A stretch of DNA of 63,393 bases, filler included. It is 8 parts of 8 records of this genome, joined end to end, with 100 filler letters (N's around TTAATTAATTAA, not from the genome) between each part and the next. Parts side by side here need not be neighbours in the genome. Positions count along the whole stretch, not along the records: positions 11,854 to 22,679 come from DRR723986_31335; positions 22,780 to 36,551 come from DRR723986_31358; 6 more parts are not named here. One strand, 5' to 3'. Under the pieces are notes generated by a model. That model did not search any database. It had not been told where the DNA came from and saw nothing but the letters and a program-made list of their open reading frames with translations. This document shows positions 19,663-29,500 of the stretch, piece by piece; position 1 is the stretch's first letter; each line of letters opens with the position of its first letter. The translations under genes were made by a program, and so were the position numbers.

Positions 19663-22269
19663 TTGATCGCGCGACGAATACCATTTCCTTTCTTGGCACT
19701 GCGAGATAGTCTAGTGAACGTTGCGTATTGGATCAGTTGTTTATTCGCAACGTTGACTGCAGTTCAGTTGCCGGGGCAGGGCGGACCGGCTCTGCTCGAC
19801 GAAATGCAGTTCCGGGTCCAGGCAACGGACTCGGCGGCAGCATTGCTTATCGTGACGCGATTTGAACCGCCTGCGCAAGTCACCTCGACGACTCGACTCA
19901 TCCATCTTTCGAAATCGCAGTGGACGGATACGATCAAGGAGGGAGCCGACGGAATCCAAATGGACGTCGTCGTGCCCGATACGCTTGCAATCGAAGCGAG
20001 TTTTGCCAACGCTGACGGTGAACTTGGCGTAATGTCTCGCATGCAACGACTCGGTCCCCACAAACGCTACTCATTTCGGTTTGGGAACGTTCTGCCCACT
20101 CCTGAGATTGAGAGTTTTGCGTTAAACGCAACCGAACAGCAACAGCTTAGTGAACTGATCGATGCAACCAACTCATCCGAGTTGGCAAGTCTTGCTTCTC
20201 CAGAACCTACAAGCAACGTCGACGCCACGTGCTTAGAGCAATTCAACCAATTCCTGTTGCAGAGGATTGGCAAAGCCAGCCATCCTGAAACTCCGGCCCA
20301 ATGGTACGCCTGGTCTCTGGGAGACGAACTGCGATCGATGGTCGGCGAAGTCTCCTTTGAGCGAGGAAAGGTTGAGTTTGAAATCGAATTTCGCGACGGC
20401 AAACTCACGCAACTGAACTGGCAGAGTTCGCAAGTTCCGCCGACCTGGTTTACACCAAGCGACCCGAATGGCGACTACCAGCAGAAAGCGGAATTGCTGA
20501 CCAAATTGCTGCTCACCGATCAGGCTGCGATGGCCCGCCGGCAATTCGCCGTCAGATTGCAAGAAGAAATTCCGGTTCAATCACTTGCCAAGTTGTCTGC
20601 ATCATTGCAAGAAGCCTACGGCACAGCAGGTTTCGAGACACGATTAATCGGCACGCGCCCGAGTGTGAGATCTGGAACGCCGATCCTGCTGATTCGTTTG
20701 CTGCATACGTTCGCCGATGGTCGAAAGGCTATCTCGGAGGCAACGTTTCTCTTTCCAAATAGCGGCAAGAGTGTGCCGATTGGCGAATTGAGCAACATCT
20801 ATTTCAGCCAGGCATGGACGACCGCTGCCCCCGAGCGGGCAAGAGTTGCGGAAGCATTTGTGACGAGTGTTTTCGCCGAGGATTCAAATCCAACAGGCGT
20901 CATCGAATTGCTTGGTCCGGCATACTGCGATGCTATCGACGAGCAACTGGCAACCGACTCGCTTGGCAGTTTCTTGCAAAGGACCAAGGCACAACATGGC
21001 ATAGCACTGGTTGAGGCTGCCCGTGAGTGCGATTTCGACAAGTGGTCTTTTCTCGCAGGCGACGCGTACTCGCAGGTCAGCGGTAGTCTGCAAATTGATT
21101 CAGCCCAGCCCATCAACATCACTCTGTCGTTTGACGACGACACGCTAACTGGTTTTTCATTGCAAACCGGCGGTACATTTTTCGCTTCCGCAGATTACAT
21201 CGGTGTGGCGGCGAAGTTCAACGAAGCGGCAACCAAGTTCTGGAAGAGCCTGCTGAGCGAACAACGCGACGACGCGTACGCTCTCCTTTCACCAGCACTC
21301 AAACAGCGAATGGCGCGAGATGATTTGGATGTAGTCGCCGTATCAAGTGGCCTGCCCAAACCAGAACGCATTTCCTATGTGCAAACGCGACAATCAACGC
21401 GCCTCGATCGGTCCGCTCCACTGACTGTGTCTGTGTTCTGCATTGCCGAGTTCGATAGCGGAATCCAACAACCACTTCGCTGCGACTTTGACCTTGAATC
21501 AGAAGCCCCAGCCATCGTCGAGTTCACTTCCGATTTCACGGAGAATTTCCGAGTCGATCCTGCTCGCAACTACGATGGCACTGGTGATTTGGCTTCTCGA
21601 CTGCGACCATTGTTAATGGGCAACGCCACCGACGTCCAACTACAGACTCAGCCCAGCCGACGAAAGTTCATTGACTTGGACATCCTTGATGCATTCCTCA
21701 CCAGAGCGCAAGAGTTGCTCGAGATCCCATTGGCGGCGGACTTATCAAAACGGATTTCAAACTCCGGCTCCCTTACACACACGTACGTCCTGGGGAGCCG
21801 CCGAGAAGTAGGCGCCTTGGTGCTGGATGACATCGATGGAGCGAAAGCAACGGTACGCGTAACGACTGAACTTGGGCAGCTAACTTCGTTTCACATTGAT
21901 ACGAATAAACTCCAGGGGTTCATTCCAGAGTTTCAATTGAAGGAACTAGCCGCTGCTCGCACAAACAGATTTATCGGTGCGTGGCTCTCTGGAGAATCTC
22001 TCAACGAATCTGCACTCAGCGAATTGACTGTGGCAAGCCTTCAGAGTGAAGAAACGATCATCGGCTTTAAAGCTCTGCGAGCAAAACTTCTGGCCCGCAT
22101 TGGTGACTTCGACGGGGTTGATTGTTCGCCGCCAATTATCGGGGGCGACGGCCGCGAAATTGAAGTGAACTGCCGCGTACTCGGTAAGGATTCGAGTGCG
22201 AATTTGACGCTTGTCTTGGAGTTGGACGCGATCAGCCTTCGGATCGCCAGCATCGAATTATCTCGCTAA
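19663..22269 (+). CDS. Large hypothetical exported protein with repeated alpha/beta (NTF2/DUF3887-like) modules
   Basis: 868-aa ORF with hydrophobic N-terminus and recurring helix blocks such as ATKFWKSLL...AYALLSPALK. Start uncertain. Confidence 0.6.
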   Translation: MIARRIPFPFLALRDSLVNVAYWISCLFATLTAVQLPGQGGPALLDEMQFRVQATDSAAALLIVTRFEPPAQVTSTTRLIHLSKSQWTDTIKEGADGIQMDVVVPDTLAIEASFANADGELGVMSRMQRLGPHKRYSFRFGNVLPTPEIESFALNATEQQQLSELIDATNSSELASLASPEPTSNVDATCLEQFNQFLLQRIGKASHPETPAQWYAWSLGDELRSMVGEVSFERGKVEFEIEFRDGKLTQLNWQSSQVPPTWFTPSDPNGDYQQKAELLTKLLLTDQAAMARRQFAVRLQEEIPVQSLAKLSASLQEAYGTAGFETRLIGTRPSVRSGTPILLIRLLHTFADGRKAISEATFLFPNSGKSVPIGELSNIYFSQAWTTAAPERARVAEAFVTSVFAEDSNPTGVIELLGPAYCDAIDEQLATDSLGSFLQRTKAQHGIALVEAARECDFDKWSFLAGDAYSQVSGSLQIDSAQPINITLSFDDDTLTGFSLQTGGTFFASADYIGVAAKFNEAATKFWKSLLSEQRDDAYALLSPALKQRMARDDLDVVAVSSGLPKPERISYVQTRQSTRLDRSAPLTVSVFCIAEFDSGIQQPLRCDFDLESEAPAIVEFTSDFTENFRVDPARNYDGTGDLASRLRPLLMGNATDVQLQTQPSRRKFIDLDILDAFLTRAQELLEIPLAADLSKRISNSGSLTHTYVLGSRREVGALVLDDIDGAKATVRVTTELGQLTSFHIDTNKLQGFIPEFQLKELAAARTNRFIGAWLSGESLNESALSELTVASLQSEETIIGFKALRAKLLARIGDFDGVDCSPPIIGGDGREIEVNCRVLGKDSSANLTLVLELDAISLRIASIELSR

Positions 22270-22530
22270 CACACCGTCACTCTGCCGCTGGCCGCTAGCC
22301 TCAACTTTTAATTGCCATTCTTTTGCTAGCGAAACAACTTCGCATTTCGCGAATTCTTCGCAAGCAATGAAACTCATCGACTCGCAAGGCTCTTGCGATG
22401 GTGACGTGCGAGTTCCGGCTGAACTCCGGCCGCTGCCTCTGGTGGTTCTTGGTACAGTAGCTCCGCATTATCAAACTCAGGATCCTCGATTCCGCACCGT
22501 GCATCCGTAGATGTTCACTTGGTTGAGGCA

Positions 22531-22569
22531 CAAAAAAACTCCGCTCGCGAAATGAATCGCAAACGGAGT
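22531..22569 (-). terminator. Intrinsic terminator
   Basis: Minus strand ACTCCGTTTGCGA-loop-TCGCGAGCGGAGT followed by a T-run, just after the Lys/Ala-rich stop. Confidence 0.8.
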
Positions 22570-22600
22570 ATGGTGTTCGGTCAGTCGTAGGCAGAAGAGA

Positions 22601-22679
22601 CTACTTCTTCTTTGCAGTCTTTTTCTTAGCTGCCTTCTTCTTAGGTGCTGCCTTCTTCTTAGGAGCAGCCTTCTTCTTG
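22601..22679 (-). CDS. C-terminal fragment of a histone H1-like Lys/Ala-rich protein or tail
   Basis: Translates as KKKAAPKKKAAPKKKAAKKKTAKKK*; cut by the contig end. Confidence 0.7.
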
Positions 22680-22891
22680 NNNNNNNNNNNNNNNNNNNNN
22701 NNNNNNNNNNNNNNNNNNNNNNNTTAATTAATTAANNNNNNNNNNNNNNNNNNNNNNNNNNNNNNNNNNNNNNNNNNNNGCCTGAGACCAAACGACACTG
22801 AAAGTGGAGAGCCGGGCTCAAAGCGATCTTTAACACATCCGAACGTGAGCTGGCTAAAATGCTGCTAGTTGATGCTGAGTTATCGGCTGCC

Positions 22892-23857
22892 TTAGTTGTT
22901 GTTCGAATTTGGAGGCGTGCCGGATGAACCGTCAGAATCATAGCGATGTGGGCGCGTAGGTTCGTCCTTGCTGGTCTGATATAGGCGCTGTGTCGGGTAG
23001 GCAAACTGGATGTCGTCGTGCTGTGAGAACGCATCCAGAATTTCTTCCCAGACGGCTTGTTCGCTGTGCCGGCGGCGGCGCGGATCACAAAGGTAACGCG
23101 CTGAAAGTTGTACGCCGTGTTGTTTAACACTTGTGTAAACAGTCGGTTTGACAGATGCCTGGAAGACGAGGTAGCGTCCAGTAGTTTGGCTGACTTTGCG
23201 CTGTGCCGCGTGGGAGAGTGCTTTGCCGTGATGCATTGCGATGTCGTTTAAGATTCGCTTGGCTTTTTTCCAGTCGCTGTTAAATGTTAAACACAGGTTT
23301 ATTTCTGTCCAAATGTATTCGAACCAGCCTTCATTGTAATTGCCGACCGGGTTTGTGAAGATCGTGGAATTTGGAATGTGAATGATGCGGCCGGTGTTTT
23401 GATCTGCGTCAACCCAAGCGCCAATTTCCATGATCGCAAAATGAAACATGCCCTGATCAACAATGTCGCCGGCATAATCCCCGGCTACAACCCGATCGCC
23501 AACGTGGAAGGGCCTGCGCGAAACGATGTAGACCCATGCAGCAATGTTAAGTAATGGGTCCTTAAGTGCAATGGCGATGCCGGCAGTTAACAAACCCAGG
23601 AATGTGGCAAGTGAATGAATGCCCTCAAACCAAATGCGACCCACAATTAGAACGGTTATGGTGATGGCGGTGTACCAGGTGGTTTTTTGCCAACGGTAGC
23701 GACTTTGCACGTCTTTAACACGACGGAAGGCCAGTTTTAAGATTACAATTTTACAGGCCCAAATAATGGCGATTGCCACAAGAGACTGGAGCAAGTGTAG
23801 TTGTACGTCAGGCCGGAGGCCGATTACTTCTTCAAACTGGACAAAAAAATCATTCAT
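22892..23857 (-). CDS. mscS: Mechanosensitive ion channel, MscS family
   Basis: TM helices, GIAIALKD, RPFHVGDRV, IPNS, FAYPT. Confidence 0.9.
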   Translation of the reverse strand: MNDFFVQFEEVIGLRPDVQLHLLQSLVAIAIIWACKIVILKLAFRRVKDVQSRYRWQKTTWYTAITITVLIVGRIWFEGIHSLATFLGLLTAGIAIALKDPLLNIAAWVYIVSRRPFHVGDRVVAGDYAGDIVDQGMFHFAIMEIGAWVDADQNTGRIIHIPNSTIFTNPVGNYNEGWFEYIWTEINLCLTFNSDWKKAKRILNDIAMHHGKALSHAAQRKVSQTTGRYLVFQASVKPTVYTSVKQHGVQLSARYLCDPRRRRHSEQAVWEEILDAFSQHDDIQFAYPTQRLYQTSKDEPTRPHRYDSDGSSGTPPNSNNN

Positions 23858-23930
23858 GTTTGTGCCGCTTAAAAGTGCTTTGGATCGACTCCGCCGCGGA
23901 TGTGCAAGTGTTTAAGTTGTTAACTTGCAC

Positions 23931-25106
23931 TTATTGGGAATATGTGACGCGATAAATTGCTCCGGCACGATCGTCGGAAACCAACAGCGCTCCGTCGGGC
24001 ATTTGCATGACATCTACAGGCCGCCCCCAAACTTCATCACCGGGTTGAAGCCAACCTTCGATAAAGGGGCGGTAGGACGTCACTTCGTCGCCGTCGAGCA
24101 CTGCAATGCCTACACGATAGCCAATTTTATCTGAACGGTTCCAGGAGCCGTGTTCTGCAATAAAAATTGCATTGTGATACTGCTCTGGAAACATGGAGCC
24201 GGTGTAAAAACGCATTCCCAGTGCAGCTACGTGCGGCCCCAGTTTTTGCGCCGGTTTGCGATAGGTATCACCATCACAGCAGCCACCGCTTTCACAGAAC
24301 TCAAAGTCGATAATATCACCGGCGTGGCAGTAGGGAAAACCAAAGTGGAGACCGGCGCTTGGAGCGTGATTTAACTCATCGGACGGTTGATTGTCGCCGA
24401 GCCAGTCGCGCCCATTATCGGTGAACCACAATTCTTTGGTTTGTGGGTGGAAGTCAAAACCGACGCTGTTGCGTACACCATGTGCAAACACTTCCAGACC
24501 GGATCCATCGGGACGCATGCGCATGATTGTAGCAAAGCGTTCATCTTCTTCCTCACAGACGTTACATGGCGCGCCGACGGGCACATAGAGATAACCATCG
24601 GGACCGAAGCGAATAAACTTCCAGCCATGTGATTGTTCGGTGGGGAAGTCATCGCGTACAATTTCGCTTTGCGGGTTGTCGAGCCTGTTTTCGATATCCT
24701 TAAAACGCCAGACGCGGCTGACTTCGGCGACGAAGAGATCGGGGCCCAGCATAGCGACGCCGTTGGGCATGCGCATGCCGCTGGCGATTACTTTGACGTT
24801 CTCAGCGTAGTTGTCGTTATCCAGGTCACGGATTGCATAGACGCGATCGGATGCACGCGTTGAGACGAAGATTGTGCCGCCTGCGGCACGAGCCATGGAG
24901 CGTGCGGCGGGGACTTCGGCACAATAAGTGCTGATGCTAAAACCTTTGGGCATCTTGAGGAGTTCAAGCGGCAATTGCTGTGACGGCGTTTGCGCCTGAA
25001 GCGTACCTGTGTCAGCGCTTGAGTCCTGAGTCTCAGCGGCTTCGTCAGTATTCGCCGAGCAGGCCAGAGCGAAGCAGGTGAGAAGCATGATAAGAACGCG
25101 TTGCAT
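23931..25106 (-). CDS. PQQ-dependent sugar/sorbosone dehydrogenase family lipoprotein
   Basis: Lipobox-like ALAC; FGPDG, GAPCNVC, GVRNSVG, HGSWNR, GRPVDV. Confidence 0.9.
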   Translation of the reverse strand: MQRVLIMLLTCFALACSANTDEAAETQDSSADTGTLQAQTPSQQLPLELLKMPKGFSISTYCAEVPAARSMARAAGGTIFVSTRASDRVYAIRDLDNDNYAENVKVIASGMRMPNGVAMLGPDLFVAEVSRVWRFKDIENRLDNPQSEIVRDDFPTEQSHGWKFIRFGPDGYLYVPVGAPCNVCEEEDERFATIMRMRPDGSGLEVFAHGVRNSVGFDFHPQTKELWFTDNGRDWLGDNQPSDELNHAPSAGLHFGFPYCHAGDIIDFEFCESGGCCDGDTYRKPAQKLGPHVAALGMRFYTGSMFPEQYHNAIFIAEHGSWNRSDKIGYRVGIAVLDGDEVTSYRPFIEGWLQPGDEVWGRPVDVMQMPDGALLVSDDRAGAIYRVTYSQ

Positions 25107-25178
25107 GTGGACCCGGGGAGAGAGAGTTAGTGGCCAGAGTTGATTGGCTGAGTTGCTGGGTTGAATTGTTTAGCTGGA

Positions 25179-26246
25179 CTATTTGACGATTGGATTCGCT
25201 TCTGTGATTGCGCTGCTGTTGCCGCTCATCAGGACGGAAATGGGCCGCAGGGGCTCAATATTTTCCAGAACTATCTTGATTGTTGACATGATCGGGACAG
25301 CGAGAATGGCGCCCCATATGCCCCAGAGCCAGGACCAGAGGATCAGAGATACCAGAATGAGTACCGGGCTGAGGTTAAGGCGTGACTCCATCATTTTGGG
25401 TTCCACGACGTTGCCCATTACCAGTTGTGAACCGACGAGGAGACCGGCGATGATCAGCGGGGTCACAAAAGAGTCGAACTGTAATAGCGAAAGGAGGATG
25501 GGAAACAAGGTGGCTATAAAGGAGCCAACATTTGGTATGAAGTTCAGCAGAAAAGTCAGGAAGCCCCACAGTAGCGCAAAATCTACGCCGAAGGCATAGA
25601 GAATTCCAGCGGAGAGGCCCGCAGTTCCCAGGCTGACAACGATTTTTGTTGCGATGTACTGGCGGACCTGATTATCGATGTTTTGCGCCATTTTGGCGAG
25701 CTGCGAAGCGTGATTTGTAGAGAACGCGACGTTGAGCTTGCCGATAAACTGGCCTGAGCCACCCAGTAAAAACACCAGATAGAGCAGAATCAGGATGCCA
25801 TCGCCAACAGTATTGGCAAAAGAGCCAATTCCGGCGGTAAAGACAGATGTGAGTGAGCCAACTGAAACAAAATCACGCCAATCCTGGTCAGCTGTTAACT
25901 CACGCAGTAAGTCGTTCTGGCTGAGGGAGTCATATATATTGTTGATAATGTACTGTAGTTTCTCGCCGTACTTGGGAGCTTCGACTACGAAGGACTTAAT
26001 ACTGGTTGTGACGATCATGGAGAGACCAAACAAAAGTGCTCCCACAATACAGAGTACAATTAGCAGTGCGATGGCCGTAGGTACGCGCCGTTGCACCAAA
26101 TAAACAACGACGGGTTTGAACAAGTAGAAGATAAAGAGCGCAATCGCAAATGGAACCAGTACGGTTGATAGTTCCTTGAGTACAACGCCAACGGCTATAC
26201 AAGTAAGGACCCCGAGGAGTATAGACAGAACGCGCGAATCATTCAT
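25179..26246 (-). CDS. AI-2E family transporter
   Basis: Multi-TM protein; LNFIPNVGS, GNVVEPK, WGIWGAILAVP. Confidence 0.92.
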   Translation of the reverse strand: MNDSRVLSILLGVLTCIAVGVVLKELSTVLVPFAIALFIFYLFKPVVVYLVQRRVPTAIALLIVLCIVGALLFGLSMIVTTSIKSFVVEAPKYGEKLQYIINNIYDSLSQNDLLRELTADQDWRDFVSVGSLTSVFTAGIGSFANTVGDGILILLYLVFLLGGSGQFIGKLNVAFSTNHASQLAKMAQNIDNQVRQYIATKIVVSLGTAGLSAGILYAFGVDFALLWGFLTFLLNFIPNVGSFIATLFPILLSLLQFDSFVTPLIIAGLLVGSQLVMGNVVEPKMMESRLNLSPVLILVSLILWSWLWGIWGAILAVPIMSTIKIVLENIEPLRPISVLMSGNSSAITEANPIVK

Positions 26247-26442
26247 AAGGGTTGAATCCCCGACTGTTATGGGCATACCGGCCACCAGGTGTGGCTGCGT
26301 ACTAAATTAAAGACTAGCGGAGCTAATTGAAAGTAGGAGAGCCAGTGAGATTCCAGATAATTCCAAAAGCGCTGCGATGTTCAGCATGTTTGTCCTGCGC
26401 CGTAATGTTCGCGATCGGAGATAACGGCAGGTGTACTCATGG

Positions 26443-26471
26443 TTGATTTTCAGCAATATCGCTCGTATCTT
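26443..26471 (+). promoter_or_regulatory. Putative sigma70-type promoter
   Basis: TTGATT-17 nt-TATCTT upstream of the CDS at 26575. Confidence 0.45.
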
Positions 26472-26574
26472 CCGCTAACGAACTTCAGCGTGCCACGGTC
26501 GGAACTGCCGCCGCCCGCCATATTCCGGCCGCCCACAGAGCTCGCTTCTACGCAAGCTATATTCGATTAATTGT

Positions 26575-29500
26575 ATGCGCTCCATTTACGCTCGCATAGG
26601 AACCTTATTGACGCTGGTTTTTGCCGGCGCGGTACCGTGGTGCGCAGAAGTGACAGCCAAGTCTTCTGAAGTTGGAGCGCACACCAGTCTGTTTCAATCA
26701 AATGGTGGGCAATGGGCTTCTGAGGCGCGTTTCCTTTGTGATGTGCCGGGGTTGGCCCTGTGGGTGGGAGATACAACTCTGATCTTTGACCGCCGCCTGG
26801 GCGCCGGCGACAGTTCGCCGGACGGTTCCGGACACAGGCATATAACACGAATGCGATTTAGCGGTGCTTCCGCACGTGCGCATGCACGTCCTGCGGACGA
26901 GAGCATGTTTAGCCGTCGATACTTTTTGGGCGAATCTGCGGCGCATAGTAGTGCACACCGAGCGCTCCGCCTGGAAAGTTTGTATGCAGGCATCGACCTG
27001 GCGCTTGAGATCCAGGATGGATCGCCGCGTTATGACTTCCACGTCAGTCCCGGCGCCAATCCGGCGGATATCGCGATAGAATATGAGGGGATCGACTCAC
27101 TTTCGGTTCAGGCCCCAACAGAACTGACTTTGCACTCTGAAGTTGGTAACATTGTGCATCGCAATCTTTTGGCTTACCAGATTAATGCAGATGGTGCGCG
27201 CGAAACCGTAGAGTGTCGCTTCAGGCTGCGCGAACAAAACATTGTTGGATTTGAAGTCGGAGCGTATGACAAGACGCGCGAACTCATCATTGATCCATTG
27301 GTCTACAGCACATTTTTAGGCGGTTACGGCGATGATCAACCGCAGGACATTGTGCTCTTTGACGGCAAACTCTACCTGACCGGATTTACGACTTCGCGTT
27401 CATTTCCCGATGTGAGCGGAGTCGTCAGTAATACAACCGATAACAAAGAAGTATTTGTAACGCGACTTGCGCCAGACGGCGCGAGCGTCGAAGCCTCGGC
27501 AGTATTCGGTGGACTGAAAGACGAAGAAGCGCGTTCGCTTGCGGTTCTGCCTGATGGCCGCGTAGTGCTGGTGGGATGGACTGAATCGGGGGACTTTCCG
27601 GTTAGTTCCGGCAGCGCAATTCAGGATGACTTCAGTGTTCTGGGACCACGCGCTGCATTTTTACTGCTGCTGGAAAAAGACTTTCAGTTTGTGATTCATG
27701 GGACCTACTACGGCGGTTCCGGATCCGATGAAATCGAGGCTGTCCAAAATACCGGCAATGTGCTGCACTGTGTGGGCACAACCGGCTCTACGGATTTGTA
27801 CTGTCTTTCGTCCGGAGCGCTCAAAAGCACGCTGACCGGACTGACAGATGCTTTTTACATGCGTTTTGTTGTCAGCTCCGGTTCCAGCCTGGATTCCGGC
27901 ACAATCGAAAAACCAACAGGCACCCTGCTGGGCGGTTCCAGCAGTGATGAAGGCAATGCAATTCAGGTGTATGGCAGTAGCATTTACGTTGCCGGTGAGA
28001 CGCTCTCCAGCGACATTCAGACCATTAACAATCCTATCCAAAGTGACTGGAACGGCGGTGAAGATATGTTTTTCGCCATTCTGAAAAATGATATTAGCGC
28101 CTACGAATATGTCACCTATTATGGCGGCCCGCAGCATGAACGTGTCGAGTCAATTGGAATACTGGACGATGGTTCTGTAGTGCTTGGTGGAAATAATGAA
28201 GGCGGTGGTTTCCGCACAACACCCAATGCCTTTTCGACCGTAGGAGCGCGAGAATCCAACCCGGTGGTCGTCAAGTTTAAGCCCGGCCTGGGCACAAGAG
28301 ACTATGCCAGCTATTTGGGCCTCAAGAGCCCTGGAATTGATTTTGCGACCTTTGGTGACCTGACTATAGATAGCGATGCGAATATCATTTTGGTTGGCTC
28401 GACAACTTCCAAGGCCTTCGAGGTGACCGACAATGCGGAATATCCAGAGCTGGCCGGCTCAGCCGATGCCTGGACGATTATTCTGGCACCAGGTGATGAT
28501 ATAGATGTTTTGTATTCGAGTTACTTTGGCGGGGCTTCAGCGGACATCCCCACGGCGGTCGTCAGCTCCGGCAATGCTCGTTTCCACTTTGCAGGATTTA
28601 CCAAGTCCGCCGGCCCTGAATTCCCCACGACGGAAAACGCGTTTAGTCGCAGCAAACTGAATCCAGGAAATTCAAGTGAAAATGACGGTTTTGCTGTGCA
28701 TGTGCAGCTGGGGCCCAACTTGATTACTCCCGATGGCGGTGAGATATTTTGTGCTGAAACCGAGGTGCCAATTGAATGGGAAGGCTTATTCCGCGATGGT
28801 AGCATAGACCTGGCTCTTAGGGATGAAAACAACGGTCGCATCGAATTGATCGCGACGGATATTGAGACCAATTCCTCGCCGTTTTCATGGAACATACCCG
28901 ACGTAAGTGCTCCTGAGCACAATTTCCGTCTTGTGCTGCTGGGCCAAAACGGACGCGTTTTGGATAGCTCAGCCACGGTATTCAATATATATTCGCCACC
29001 CAAGTTTAATGAGTTTCTGCCGGAAGATACTACGGTCTGCTCCGGCACTTCACCGCGTTTGTTTGCGCGCGCCGGTGGTTATCCTGAACCCCAATTCATA
29101 CGCTGGGAGCAGAGCACGACCGGCTTTGACGGCAGCTGGGAACCCGCCGGAGTTGAGCCGCCTCGTCAGGTTTCAGTAGAGAGACATGACGGCCGTTTTT
29201 ACCGCGTTGTTTATGCGAATGAGTGTGACACTGTTGCGAGCCCCCACACAAAACTGAATGTTGAAGAATTTGATGCTATTATCAGTGGTGGTGGCTCTTT
29301 CTGTGTTGGATCCCGGGTTACGCTTAAAATTGTTGAACCGGCAGACGTTGTTGATCGCGGGATTCTCGTCCGCTGGGAAGTCGATCGTGGCGATGGAAGT
29401 GGGTTCCGCGTAATCGAAGGTGAACAGGGCGCGTCGCTGGCAATAGACATCGTAGATGCGTCGCGCGATGGATGGCGCTACCGCGTTTTCCTGGCAACGC

